Shown here: positions 1-10,495 of the stretch, piece by piece
How the letters are laid out: every line of letters starts with the position of its first letter
Position numbering within the stretch: the first letter of the stretch is position 1
Source of the DNA: an uncultured cyanobacterium
GTDB lineage: Bacteria > Cyanobacteriota > Cyanobacteriia > Cyanobacteriales > Cyanobacteriaceae
Direction: 5' to 3'
Assembly: GCA_963749915.1 (NCBI GenBank)
Contig: CAVVOP010000002.1
Location: 1-30,042 of the forward strand
Length of the DNA: 30,042 nt
Notes under the pieces: generated by a model
What the model saw: the letters and a program-made list of their open reading frames with translations, nothing else
Database searches by the model: none
What the model was told of the DNA's origin: nothing
Translations under genes and position numbers: made by a program

Positions 1-23
1 GGCATAATAAGTCCCTTCGCTCC

Positions 24-52
24 AATTCAAAATTCAAAATTCAGAATTCAAA
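24..52. repeat. Short heptamer tandem repeat (AATTCAA-type STRR)
   Basis: caattcaaaattcaaaattcagaattcaa immediately past the stop of the minus-strand ORF. Confidence 0.6.
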
Positions 53-800
53 AACTAAACGAGTTTCCAGTTTCTCCCTCTATTACCTCAGTCACCGCTT
101 TTTCCATGGCCATGAGGCAGTTTCGACTGACGGACAAAGCCTGACGCCATCCCAACTCCAAGCCCTGCAACAGCCAGACTGGTAATGTAAGTGCTCCCTT
201 GTGGATAGACGCATTGGGGTCAAGGTAAACTAATGTTCCTGTTTTTAAGGTCTGACCGTTTTGCTTAATGGTTTCACCTGTGTACTTATAGACCTGATAG
301 GGGACTGCCGTGGCACAAATAGCATCAACTTGGAATTGTTCCTCGGAGTTTAAACAACAGTAGGCATCAATGAATCCCTGTCCGTGAGTTTTTTTGAGGG
401 CTTTGAGTTCAACCAAAGTCTGACAAGCTAATAATAAGGCTTTCAATTCTCCTAAAGAAGGAACTGGTTTTAAATCGGCAGTTGCTGGTGCCTGTGCTGA
501 TGGTGCTGCTGGGATTTTATCAGCAGCTAGATCCCTTTGCTTATCTATGTTTGAGTCTAAACTGCTGGGGTGCTGATGGTGCTGGTGATGGGAGGTGCGG
601 TCAAAACCCGTTGGTCTTTCCTTGGGTAGAGCTGAGGGGCTGAGGGGTTGAGGTATTGAGGAGCTGAGGGGTTGAGGGGCAGAGGAGCTGAGGGGTTGAG
701 GGGCAGAGGAGAGTTTTGAGAGAACTTTCTCCTCTGCTTCCCTGCTCTCCTGCTCCCCTGCAGTCTCAAGAGGTTGCGCTGTGGAGAGAAGTGTTGATAA
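48..800 (-). pseudogene. 5'-truncated gene of unknown function (possibly plasmid-type), cut by IS1634
   Basis: The frame of ORF 48..446 stays open with no stop up to base 800 (LSTLLSTAQPLETAGEQ...SAPQPLSS x3...HHQHHQHP...SLGELKALLLACQ), exactly abutting the IS end at 801. Confidence 0.75.
631..712. repeat. 24-bp in-frame repeat (about 3 copies) built from octamers
   Basis: Minus strand reads TCTGCCCCTCAACCCCTCAGCTCC twice plus a variant, encoding SAPQPLSS. Confidence 0.8.
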
Positions 801-2899
801 CCCACATTCCGCACGTCACTTTGTAAGATGATAAAAATATTAAAACCAAGCAACTTATTTTGGACAAAATATAAGTAATAATACTCAATATCTTCTTTGT
901 TCGCGTTTTGTACTCGCGAACTTTGCTCAAATTAAAATCTCATTGTCAATAACTTCACCTTTAATGAGAATAAATAAACAGAGCAAATCTATCAGTTTTC
1001 TCTTCTTTATTTATGGTATTATAATTGAGAATGTTTAGACTCTTAAATCCCATAAGTTATCCAGATAAAATATAATAATTATGACAAGAAATCGGGAAAA
1101 AATTTAAAATCAGTTTTCGTTCATTTGTTAGATTTACTATCTGTTTTATTCCTTGATTTATTACTAAATGAATCCCCTGAAAACATTGAAATATCCATCT
1201 TAACGTTGGACGTTCCGTTAGTTTTCCTAGCTGATTTTTTATCCCCGTTTTTCTCTCCTCTAATAAGCGACGCACTTCTCTTTGCCCCAAAGAATATACC
1301 AACAGGCATAACCCCATCAACATTGCCATTGTTTCGATTCTTTTTGGGGTTTTTAAAAACACACTATCTGCAAAAAATAATGGATCTTTCAGAAAACTAA
1401 AACCTCTTTCTGCGGCTTGTTGTTCTTTATATTTAATTAGAATCTCATCGGAACTAAATTTACTTTTATCTAATCTATTCGTGGCTAAGACAAATCTTCC
1501 CGCTCTTTTTTCTAATTCGGCTATTTTCGTTAAATCTGATTTTAAAACAGCCGTAACTTGATGAGTTTTTCCTAATTTTTCTTCTTTCTTTTTAGATTTT
1601 TTTTGCTGCTTTTTTAACTCATTTTCTCTAATTTTTATCTCGGTTATTTCATGATATTTTAAAGTCTTATTCAGTCTTAAAACTATTTCCTCTGCTACTT
1701 CTGATGAGCTAAATTCTTCTTTCATCAACTTTGTTAATGTTTTTTCTGCTTTTTCTTTTTCTTTCTCTATTTTTTTTCTCAGCTTTTCGAGATTCTGATT
1801 TCTTTCTTTTTTCACTTTCTATTACTAACCATCTTTGCTCAATTTCTGCATAATTATTTTTCACTTCGCACCATGAATATCCTTCTAAACTGCTGGGAGT
1901 AAAATCAGATTCACCCAGTTCTGAAACTAAATTGAGGGCATCTTTTATTGATAATGGAACTCTCGATAACCATTCTATTCCACTCATTAATTTCAGGTTA
2001 TTTTCTGTATATAAGGCACTATCACCTACTATCATCGTCTCAAAATCTATCATTGATTTGTATTCAGAAGCTATTTTGCCGAAAACTGCTCTATCATTTT
2101 CATTGCCATCTGCTACTCTTAAAAATAAAGGAATATCACCATCACCACTCACAATTAAATCCAAAATAAATTGTTTTAAATCTGGTCTATGGTCACGAGA
2201 ATAACCTTTAATTATTTTAATTGGAATTTGATTAATTAACTCTAATTCTGCATTTTCTTTCACCAAATTTTTGGTGATTTTTTCCTGACTATATTTCCCC
2301 TCTACCGCAAAAGAAGTTGAATCTAAATGGGAAAAATTGATGTTGATATTATATTTTTTTACTGTGGCTAAAGCAATAATTAAAAATAATGAAGATAATC
2401 CTTTTTCATAAAGTTTATCCATTATTCTTCCAATTCTATCATCGTTCAAATGCTCAGGTAGTATTCCTTTTCCGATTAAATGTTCTGTGGCTTTGTCTTT
2501 AAAAAACTGTGGAAATAGATAAAGAGGTCGAGAAATAAATCCTAATCCGTTCAGAATAATTGCTTTGACTATTTGACCTGCTGTCACGATTTCCCTCTCG
2601 TCAATACCGAGGGCATCATTAATAATTTCTTCAATGCCAATTTCATCTATAACTCCAGCAATTAATCCTAAATGATTAATGGTTTGAACTTGTATATCTT
2701 CTGAAAATATCATTTCCAAAATTAAATTAAAAACTGAATTTAATTATCCCTTAAACGTTGCTCATTTTTCTACTAATTTATCTGAGTTCTCTTGATAAGC
2801 TAGAGAACTAATCACTGAGTATTTCTTGTCGTAGTCAATCACTGTTCAACCTCTCACCTCGTAATCTGAATTTATACAGTTTGACGTGCGGAATGTGGG
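801..2899 (-). mobile_element. IS1634-family insertion sequence, full length (2099 bp)
   Basis: Perfect 18-bp terminal inverted repeats CCCACATTCCGCACGTCA (801-818) and TGACGTGCGGAATGTGGG (2882-2899); IS1634-type transposase inside; flanks TGATAA and TATTAA do not match. Confidence 0.92.
1057..2719 (-). pseudogene. IS1634-family transposase, frameshifted near 1794
   Basis: ORFs 1709..2719 (HLDSTSF, GYSRDHRPDLKQF, VGDSALY) and 1057..1815 (YKEQQAAERGFSFLKDP) overlap; copy 2 at 20330-20360 reads through this spot without a shift, implying one extra base here. Confidence 0.88.
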
Positions 2900-3066
2900 T
2901 ATTAACGCCACCTCAACCTGTACCAGCCGTCAAAGCCTTGCCCCCTACCAGTTACCTAGAGCATGAAGCTGAGGGAGAGAAGGCTAAAGCAGCAATATCT
3001 TCTGTTGAAAGCGAAATAGCGACCAAAAAGCAGGAGATAGCCTACCTCAAGGAAAAGACTCTATGA
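2900..3066 (+). pseudogene. Internal fragment of an unidentified coiled-coil protein
   Basis: LTPPQPVPAVKALPPTSYLEHEAEGEKAKAAISSVESEIATKKQEIAYL begins directly at the IS end; the listed start codon lies inside the IS repeat. Confidence 0.5.
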
Positions 3067-3076
3067 GTCCGGTTTC

Positions 3077-3562
3077 TTATTGCTGGCTGCTACAGGTAAT
3101 CGCGTCATACCAATTGGTCAAAGGGAGTCCGTCGGCTGTCGTTATCCCCTCAAAGACACGCCGGCAAAGGTCACGAAATGGTTGGTAACGTTCCTGTTTC
3201 CAACGAGCAGCTAGTTCGCGCAACGGTGCTTGTTGAAGGTTTCCTAAAGCATACTTGCGGGAAAACCCATGCTGAACTGGCACCACTGTCCCGTCAGCCT
3301 CAATAATCAGAGGTGAGACAAGGTCTGACAGTAGATAATCCGCCCCCTCTCGTGGCAACTCATCGGCAAAGAAACGGTCGGGATTAGAGCAAAGCTGTTC
3401 TCGTGCAACTAGATCCAGTTGGACATAAAGTCGCTCTCCTGCCATTGCCTGAATGCGTAAAAACTCTAGGAAGGTGTAAGCTAACTCAATCTCATCAGGT
3501 CGTTTGCCTTGCAACAGTTCCTTGGCACGCCCTACTTCTTCAAGCGGATGAATCTGTAACAA
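3077..3562 (-). pseudogene. C-terminal (SPASM/Twitch-like) part of a radical SAM protein, 5'-truncated
   Basis: LLQIHPLEEVGRA and SPLIIEADGTVVP...YALGNL motifs; no CxxxCxxC; visibly higher GC than the host. Confidence 0.65.
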
Positions 3563-4651
3563 TCCGGTCGAGAAAATGTTGGCCACTGTGCCTGTGTTGA
3601 GCTATGTGCAGAACTCATACCACCGGGTGCCGATGAAATCCCCCATTGGGAAAGGGTCGAGGAGTTTGAGGTTGACACCGACTTTTCAACGGAAGGCTAT
3701 GCTGGCAGCAATTCAGTGGTGATGCATGATTGTGTCGATCTACATGGCAATATGCCGCTCAAGAATGTTGCCAATGGGAAAGCCCTCAAATACCGTTTCT
3801 TGATTGGTGCCTGGCAGTGGCCGGGTGCTGAAGACCCAGCCGTGATGCCGAACATCCCACCCGCGGACGCTGATCTCATCCCTGTGAAATTGATTTGCGA
3901 CTCCACGGTCGGGTATATCTATTACAGTGATGCCTTTGGCGATCCACGTTCGGCACCCGTCAAATATAAAACTGCCGATCTCGATGGAGATGGCTGCATT
4001 ACCCTGCTCGGTAAGCTTGTTAAGGTCAATATGTACGACGGGACAACTGCTGATATCGCGATCACTGAAGACAATTTTGTCGGGGACTATTTGTTGATGA
4101 GGATGAATTCTCTCACTTATACCCCCGCACCCCACGATCTTCTCGACTATCTGGGATTGGCTGCGGCAGGCACGGCGGTGCCGGACGCGGAACGGGCACC
4201 CATTCGTCGGTTCAAGTTGCGCTTTCAGGTATATGACTTCGATCAGGCGGTGGATAACATCTCCAACAATAAGACGCTCGATGCCCTTGTCATTGATAAT
4301 TCACCGGTCAAGTATGCCTTGCACCTGACAGAACTGGCAGGGGATCTATGCAACAAGGTCACCAACAATATCCATATCCTCTATACCATAGATCACCCAC
4401 ACCTAAGCTACTTTAAGGTCACAGTTGAAAACAACAGTGGGATTGTCCACAATGCCCCACCCCTTCCCAACGGAAGCTTTAGCGGGAGTTTCTTCTTCCG
4501 AGGTGGGGAGAGTACCCCAGCAGGTTTCACGGTGAATGTAGCAAGTGACCCCGTTTGCGCCTACGTGGTCAAGCTCATTTGGAAGACTCGGCACTATCAC
4601 GATACTGAGCGAGGAGACAGTCGTCATACCCAGATTCTCTATTGCAAGTGA
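3560..4651 (+). pseudogene. 5'-truncated hypothetical protein from a higher-GC donor
   Basis: The frame of ORF 3716..4651 is open from 3560 (QSGRENVGHCACVELC...), directly after a TAA belonging to the opposite-strand gene; no credible start or RBS. Confidence 0.6.
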
Positions 4652-4967
4652 GAAGGGACAATGCACAAAGCGGCTTTACGTGGAGATAGCGTCAAAGCTC
4701 TCAGCAACATCCTGAAGTTTGGCTTTAACCTGTGCCACCTGAAACTCCCTATCACCCAAACGCTGCTGGTATTCTGCCAATTGTCGCTCATAATTAGACC
4801 GCGCTTGGTTTAGGGGTTGGGGCAAGATTAATGAAATATCAGATCACATACGTTGAAACCATTGAATTCTCGTTGAGTTTTGGGAAGTTTTTGTCCTAAA
4901 ATCGGAAAAGAATAGTGAGGCTGAAAGTCTTAAGCCATTTTCAAACATCCTCTAGGAGAAGTTTATT

Positions 4968-6071
4968 ATGTACGAACTATTTGGACCCATTGTCGAGCAT
5001 TCTACTCGCAGCGTTACGTTCAAACTCTTTTTTCCTGATACTTCAAAAGAGATTTTGCAGTATGGTCGGGGAGGTCTTCCTAAGATTAAAGAGATCTATA
5101 TTCCTGGCACTTTTAATGCTGGTGGCTGGGACGAAAAACAAGCCCCGAAGATGACAGCAGAAACTCATCCCAGTGGTATTCTTTATACCTATTCTACAAC
5201 TCTCGAAAAAGACGGATTTTATCAGTACAAGTTTTATGTCAAGTTTGAAAATGGCACAGATCGCTGGGTAAATGATCCTTGTACCCGATATGGTTCTCGA
5301 TTGGGAGGCGAGGATAATTCTGGTTTTGTTGTTGGTGGCAATCTTGTCGATTCTGTTAAACCTATTACTAACCGCATCTCCCCACAAAACCTCATCATTT
5401 ACGAGATGATGATTGATGATTTTACTAAAAATCTTACAGGAGATCGATCTCGGAAAAATAAGCTCGATCTCGTCACAGAAAATATAAAATATCTAGTGGA
5501 ATTAGGTGTAACGGCCTTACAGCCCTTACCGTGGACAACTGTACCTGGAACAGGATTTAACTGGGGATATGAGCCATTTCTATTCTTTTCCGTTGACGAA
5601 AGATTGACGGATCGCGAAGGAGACAGTCCAGAGACTAATGTGAATAGACTTTATAGTCTTAAACTGTTAATTGATGCTTTACATGAAAAGAACATCCAAG
5701 TAATTATGGATGGTGTTTTTAATCATGCAAGAAAAGACTTTCCCTATCTACAGTTGTATCAGAATAAAGAGGATTGTCCTTACATCGGGTCATTTGAGGA
5801 AAGTGCTTTTTTTGAAGACTTTGATTTTAATAATGGGTGTGTTCGGGAGTTCATTTTTGATGTCTGCAAGTATTGGATCGAGAATTATCAAATTGATGGC
5901 ATTCGCTTTGATTATGTGAAAGGATTCTTCCGCCCTGCTGGCAGCGATCCTGGTATCACCACTCTGATCGGTCGTCTTCGCCAGTTCTTAAGCGAAACCG
6001 GGCGTAATAACTTCTCTCTCATCCTTGAAAATCTTCCCGCCCTCTTAGTTTCTCCCAAGCTCTTTTCTTAA
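4968..6071 (+). pseudogene. Alpha-amylase family (GH13) glycoside hydrolase with N-terminal early-set domain, 3'-truncated at ~6038
   Basis: IIYEMMIDDF, NWGYEP, VIMDGVFNH, IDGIRFDYV (nucleophile) and LILE (acid/base) present; the third catalytic region is absent and the tail runs antisense into another ORF. Confidence 0.85.
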
Positions 6072-6237
6072 TGGATGCAATCAGTTCTATTCCTTCCTCG
6101 CTCAAAAATTTTCCCCGGATAAAAGGTTTGATTTCTTCAGTTGAATTTGGCTGAAAAGTTCCCCGCAAGTATCCCATTGCTGAAAATTGATGTGGATACG
6201 CAGGTGGTTGAAACAGAACATCTGGGTTAGGGGACAT
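6019..6237 (-). pseudogene. N-terminal fragment of a hypothetical protein fused tail-to-tail with the amylase
   Basis: MSPNPDVLFQPPAYPHQFSAMGYLRGTFQP... with its last residues read off the amylase antisense strand. Confidence 0.45.
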
Positions 6238-6354
6238 AAGAATAGCTCGGTCAAGACTGTTTTTAATTTTAAGTTATTGATTTTTTTCTAATAGACATCT
6301 CCAAAAATTTATGATTCTTTCATTATAAGCATTTGAAACCTTTTTACTCCTAGG

Positions 6355-6404
6355 GCGATCGCGCAGCGCCACTTCGTGATCGTGAAACGGCGCTGGGCGA
6401 TCGC
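6355..6404 (+). repeat. Two tandem 21-nt double-hairpin inserts in a HIP1 site (SDR5-like)
   Basis: GCG|atcgcgcagcgccacttcgtg|atcgtgaaacggcgctgggcg|ATCGC. Confidence 0.8.
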
Positions 6405-6434
6405 CGGCTCTTAATCCTGTTATTTCGTCAAAAA

Positions 6435-7412
6435 TCAAGAAAAATCCAATTTTGATGAAAAAATATGGGTTAACAGAACATCAATTATTTCTCCCGTTTC
6501 ACTCGTTTTCCGATGTTCAATTATTAAAGTTCCCATTCTTAATCTTACCAAACCACAAACGCTCAAAAAAACTGATTCATACTCCTCTTTTTTTAGTCTA
6601 AATCTTTCTCCCATAGCCTTAAATATTTTGATTATTCTAATTAGATGCTCTACAAATATTCTGAGAGATGATATTTCTTTATTTTTCTCTTTTTCTTCTT
6701 GAGTTAATTCGCCATTTTTGGGTTTCTTTTTCGGAGTTCTTATTTGCGGTTCTCCCACATAAGCTTTATCGGCGCTAAACTTTTGGTTTTTATCAAACTT
6801 ATCTGCATTTTCCCTCCAAATAGTTATGTCAGCTTTTGATCCTAGTTCTCCTCCTACTACATCTACTATATCTTCCCCTTTTGGCAAACAAATTACTTGA
6901 TTTTTAAAAGTCTGCATTTTTTTCTTTCCTGAATAATGCTTTTTTTGTTCTTCATAGTCTAGACTTCTTTCTATTTCTTGTTCTTCTGTATCTACTATGA
7001 GCTCATAATTAGTTAAGATTTTTTTGATTTCTTCTAGACTATCCTCGAACTTTTTTACTTGTTCTCGCAAGGAAGAAGGTAAGGCTAATTCTAATAATTT
7101 TTGCCATTTATGAAACACATTATTAGCAGTACTTTCACTCACTTTAAACATTAATGCTAATAACTGAAAATTAAGATGGTGTCTCAGATAAACCAAAGTC
7201 ATAATTATTTGTTCTTCTTTACTTATTTTTTCATCCCTTCCACCTCCTACTTTATTAATTCTTATCTTCTTTTGTTCTTGTTTTTGATTCTCTTGTTCTT
7301 CTAGCAATTTTAGATATTTCCCTAAATCTTGCAACTGATCATAATTAATACCTAATAGTCTTTTAGTTTCTTGGGGATGGCTCTGAATATAGTTCCAAGT
7401 ATAATTATTCAT
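6435..7412 (-). CDS. IS5-family transposase (HTH plus DDE), apparently intact
   Basis: ETKRLLGINYDQL, LIVDTEEQ, YSGKKK, ADKAYVG and RIFVEHLIR motifs; 325 aa. Confidence 0.88.
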   Translation of the reverse strand: MNNYTWNYIQSHPQETKRLLGINYDQLQDLGKYLKLLEEQENQKQEQKKIRINKVGGGRDEKISKEEQIIMTLVYLRHHLNFQLLALMFKVSESTANNVFHKWQKLLELALPSSLREQVKKFEDSLEEIKKILTNYELIVDTEEQEIERSLDYEEQKKHYSGKKKMQTFKNQVICLPKGEDIVDVVGGELGSKADITIWRENADKFDKNQKFSADKAYVGEPQIRTPKKKPKNGELTQEEKEKNKEISSLRIFVEHLIRIIKIFKAMGERFRLKKEEYESVFLSVCGLVRLRMGTLIIEHRKTSETGEIIDVLLTHIFSSKLDFS

Positions 7413-7833
7413 TGTTTTTGATATTTTTTACCTCAGAAGTTAAAGTTATTATACTAATTTTCTGATATTATTATATTTTGGAGATGTCTATTGGACAAGA
7501 AAAACCCATTACTATAGCGATAAAACAAGTAAAAGATCGATTGCGATATACCAAATTAAAGGAAAGATTAGTGACTTTTTCAGAATTAGGAAAATATCCT
7601 CTTTTTTCTGGAAATAATCAATTTAGTTATAAAGTTGCAGAAAATAAATCAAGTTGGGATTATAAATATTAATGGTTTTTCTATTAAATATTTGTTAATT
7701 AGTGGTTCGTCAAAGTAATTATGACTAATAAAAGAATCTTCAACACACAATTTCATCTTTTCCTTCTGCCTTCTGCCTTTTTCCAACGAATAATTTATCA
7801 TAATCAAGGTAGAAGAGCCAAAATATTTATTAA

Positions 7834-8277
7834 TCAATAGTCCAAAAAAAGATTAGTAAAAGGTTTTTTATTTTTCCAACGATAGGTATTAAAATCTCTA
7901 TTATCCACCGATAAAATACGACCATTACCCGAATCTTCAGCCAAAATAACTAAGGAAGCATCTGCTAAATCCATTGGGAGACTTTCATATTTTTTCATAA
8001 GTTCTTTAATCCGTTCTAAGTGAGTTTCTTTAATCTCAAATAGCTTAAATATTTCTGAATTTTGCTGAAAAAGATTCATTAATTTTATTTGTTTTTCTAC
8101 TCCTATATATTTGGTTGAAGAACGTTGTAAAAGTAAATGACAACTTTCCGTTAAAACACACCAAGTTGTAATTAAAGGTTCAGAAGAATATTTAGCTAAA
8201 GTTTCTATTGCACTTTCATGATATTGATCTTTTTTATTAAATAAAGCTACCCAGAAACCAGTATCAACGATTATCAT
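7834..8277 (-). CDS. vapC: PIN-domain (VapC-type) toxin
   Basis: Likely start MIIVDTGFWVAL at 8277; TWCVLTE, MDLADASLV and ILSVDNRDF acidic PIN motifs. Confidence 0.88.
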   Translation of the reverse strand: MIIVDTGFWVALFNKKDQYHESAIETLAKYSSEPLITTWCVLTESCHLLLQRSSTKYIGVEKQIKLMNLFQQNSEIFKLFEIKETHLERIKELMKKYESLPMDLADASLVILAEDSGNGRILSVDNRDFNTYRWKNKKPFTNLFLDY

Positions 8278-8527
8278 ATTTAGATTGTAATTCCTCGGTA
8301 ATAACTGATTTATAATTAGTAGAAAGATTAGATTCAGCACTGATACACCCTATTAAACCTGATTCTTCTAATAATTCAAGGGATGTCTTTTTCTTGTCCT
8401 TTATTTTTTGATAATAGCTATCGATCGCTTTAGCTAATATTTCATTAATTTCTTGATGTGTTTGTTTTTGAATATAGGCTAATTTATTAGCTGTTTTATC
8501 ATTAAGTTGAGTATTTATTTCTAACAT
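8264..8527 (-). CDS. Putative antitoxin (ribbon-helix-helix/CopG-like)
   Basis: 87 aa, overlaps the toxin start by 14 nt; SGLIGCISAESNLSTNYK C-terminal motif seen in cyanobacterial PIN partners. Confidence 0.75.
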   Translation of the reverse strand: MLEINTQLNDKTANKLAYIQKQTHQEINEILAKAIDSYYQKIKDKKKTSLELLEESGLIGCISAESNLSTNYKSVITEELQSKYDNR

Positions 8528-8578
8528 TTTATTTAGTAAATTAGTTTATTTAGTAAATTAGTAAAAGTTGTAATTTTT

Positions 8579-10447
8579 TTAATTAAGTATAGATTTTAAT
8601 AATCCCATTAACTTATATTTACGACCATGAAGTTTAGTTAATTGTTGGAAATAATTTTTCCATCCTTGAACATTATTTGCTTGATAATAAGCATTTCGAG
8701 CTTGAGTTAACCAATCTACTGCTCGTTCATAATATTGTGCCTTTCCAGCATCCATAATTGATTCTGCTGGAGGAATTGCTTTATTTATCACCCATTCAGA
8801 ATTGTAAGGGATAATTTTCGTCAACATATCTATTTCAAGTATATATTTATCTTTTTCAATTAATTCAATAGCTTCATCAAATAGTTTTTCATAGAGGAAA
8901 ATATTAACTTTTTCCCTTTTTCCATACCAACCGTCATAAGTTCTTAAATAATCTAATAAATTAGTTTTAACATCCTTCCAATTTTGTTCTGCTAAATTTT
9001 CTAGTTTTAAATAAATATCTTCAGAAGGTTCAGCTTCAAATACCTTAATTTGAGCCATTAAAACTGTTTCTTTATCTCCTAATTTTTCAGCTAATTTTAC
9101 CGTTAACTTAGCTAATTCTTTTTGAAAATTTCCTGTTTTAGTTAATCCTAATTTTGCTATAGCTAATGCTTTTTCTGTTTCCCCTTGTTCATCTAATATT
9201 TCTGCTAAAGCTAAGGCTTCTTCTATAGTTTTTATAATATTTTGAGCCTCATTAAAAGCAGTATCAATACGTCCTAAACGAGCCAAACAAGTTAAATAAG
9301 ATTTAATTTCTCCTGTTATTTTCGCTAAATAAAGATAATCTTCATAACGCTGTTGAAACTCTAAAACTTTTAAGCGAATTAAGTTCAATTTTCTTTGAGA
9401 ATTATTATTATTATTAAGATTTTCATTAATATCATCGGTGTCTAACTCTGATTCATTTTCTAACTTTGATTCTGACTCTAATTCTGATTCGATTTTTAAC
9501 TCTGATTTAATTTTTGACTTTGATTCTGACTCTAACTCTGATTCTGATTCTGTTTCTTGAATTAAACAACCCCAACCTTCTGCTAAAATTCCTAAACTGG
9601 TGGAAAAACTTACTGACCATTCATTTTCCCAAAAATTGAGTTTAACTTTCCAATCGACTTTTTCTTCTTCACTTAATTCCTTAGATAAAAATGCTTGGGC
9701 GAAAACTTCATCAAGATTATTTGCTACATCATTCCCTTCAATACCATAATCATCAGCATCATCCCAATTTTCAGCACAAGTCTCAGTAATGGCTTCCAAC
9801 ATCAACAAAGCATTGTCTATATCTTCTTCTGTCACTAAAATTTGCGCATCTTCAATCACATCGTAAAGTCTTTCAGTAATATTTTCATCCTCATCCCAGC
9901 CTTCTTCAATTTCTCTGATTCCATCTTTAATGATATGACGTACTTGATTCCGAATCGGTTTAGTGTCGATTTTACTAGGAGTTGAAGGAGTTGAAGTAGT
10001 TGATTTCTCCGAAGGTATCAGACGGTTAACAAACTCCTCAATATTTTCAATTAAATGAGGTTCTTCTTTGACTAACTTAATGATTAAATGATGTAAATGT
10101 TGATGATTGAGAGAATTTAATAATTGGTCAAGACTTGGACGTTGTTGAATATTATCCGAATATTTCTGACAGTAATATAAAGTTGCAATGATATGTTTAC
10201 ACCAACCACCCCAATCATAAGGACAAGTACAAAAAGCTGATTCGATTTCTTTGGGGGAAAAACTAATATTAACAGAGTAATCTTCCCCGCTCGAACCTTC
10301 TACCCTTGCTTGTAAAAGATTTTCACGATTAACAACATGAGAAACATAACCCTGTTCACAATACTCTTTCCCACGTTGATAAGATTGGGTTGTACTATTG
10401 GCTTTGATTATTTTTTCCAGATTAAAACTATTTAGATTAATTGCCAT
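8579..10447 (-). CDS. SWIM zinc-finger protein with helical-repeat C-terminus
   Basis: SYQRGKEY and CTCPYDWGGWCKHIIA (SWIM); likely start MAINL at 10447 after AAAGGAAAA. Confidence 0.85.
   Translation of the reverse strand: MAINLNSFNLEKIIKANSTTQSYQRGKEYCEQGYVSHVVNRENLLQARVEGSSGEDYSVNISFSPKEIESAFCTCPYDWGGWCKHIIATLYYCQKYSDNIQQRPSLDQLLNSLNHQHLHHLIIKLVKEEPHLIENIEEFVNRLIPSEKSTTSTPSTPSKIDTKPIRNQVRHIIKDGIREIEEGWDEDENITERLYDVIEDAQILVTEEDIDNALLMLEAITETCAENWDDADDYGIEGNDVANNLDEVFAQAFLSKELSEEEKVDWKVKLNFWENEWSVSFSTSLGILAEGWGCLIQETESESELESESKSKIKSELKIESELESESKLENESELDTDDINENLNNNNNSQRKLNLIRLKVLEFQQRYEDYLYLAKITGEIKSYLTCLARLGRIDTAFNEAQNIIKTIEEALALAEILDEQGETEKALAIAKLGLTKTGNFQKELAKLTVKLAEKLGDKETVLMAQIKVFEAEPSEDIYLKLENLAEQNWKDVKTNLLDYLRTYDGWYGKREKVNIFLYEKLFDEAIELIEKDKYILEIDMLTKIIPYNSEWVINKAIPPAESIMDAGKAQYYERAVDWLTQARNAYYQANNVQGWKNYFQQLTKLHGRKYKLMGLLKSILN
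9441..9548. repeat. Six 18-bp degenerate tandem repeats inside the SWIM gene
   Basis: Units such as tctaactctgattctgat encoding ESESELESESKSKIKSELKIESELESESKLENESEL. Confidence 0.85.
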
Positions 10448-10495
10448 ATCTTTTCCTTTATAATCTGGACTTACGCATTTTAACAAATCCTCGTT

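Larger units (their letters stand above)
6292..7490 (-). mobile_element. IS5-family (ISL2/IS702-like) insertion sequence
   Basis: Inverted ends TAGACATCTCCAAAA (6292-6306) and TTTTGGAGATGTCTA (7476-7490); the outer TA may be the target duplication. Confidence 0.85.

Noticed and set aside
557..853. 98-aa ORF with LNPSAP repeats
   Set aside because: It starts inside the IS1634 end and is an alternative frame of the longer 48..800 remnant
1709..1815. Programmed frameshift in the IS1634 transposase
   Set aside because: Copy 2 reads through this region in one frame, so it is a one-base indel or sequencing error
7478..7837. Short ORFs 7478..7672 and 7649..7837
   Set aside because: The first starts within the IS5 end and the second reads through a TTCTGCC repeat; neither has a recognisable motif
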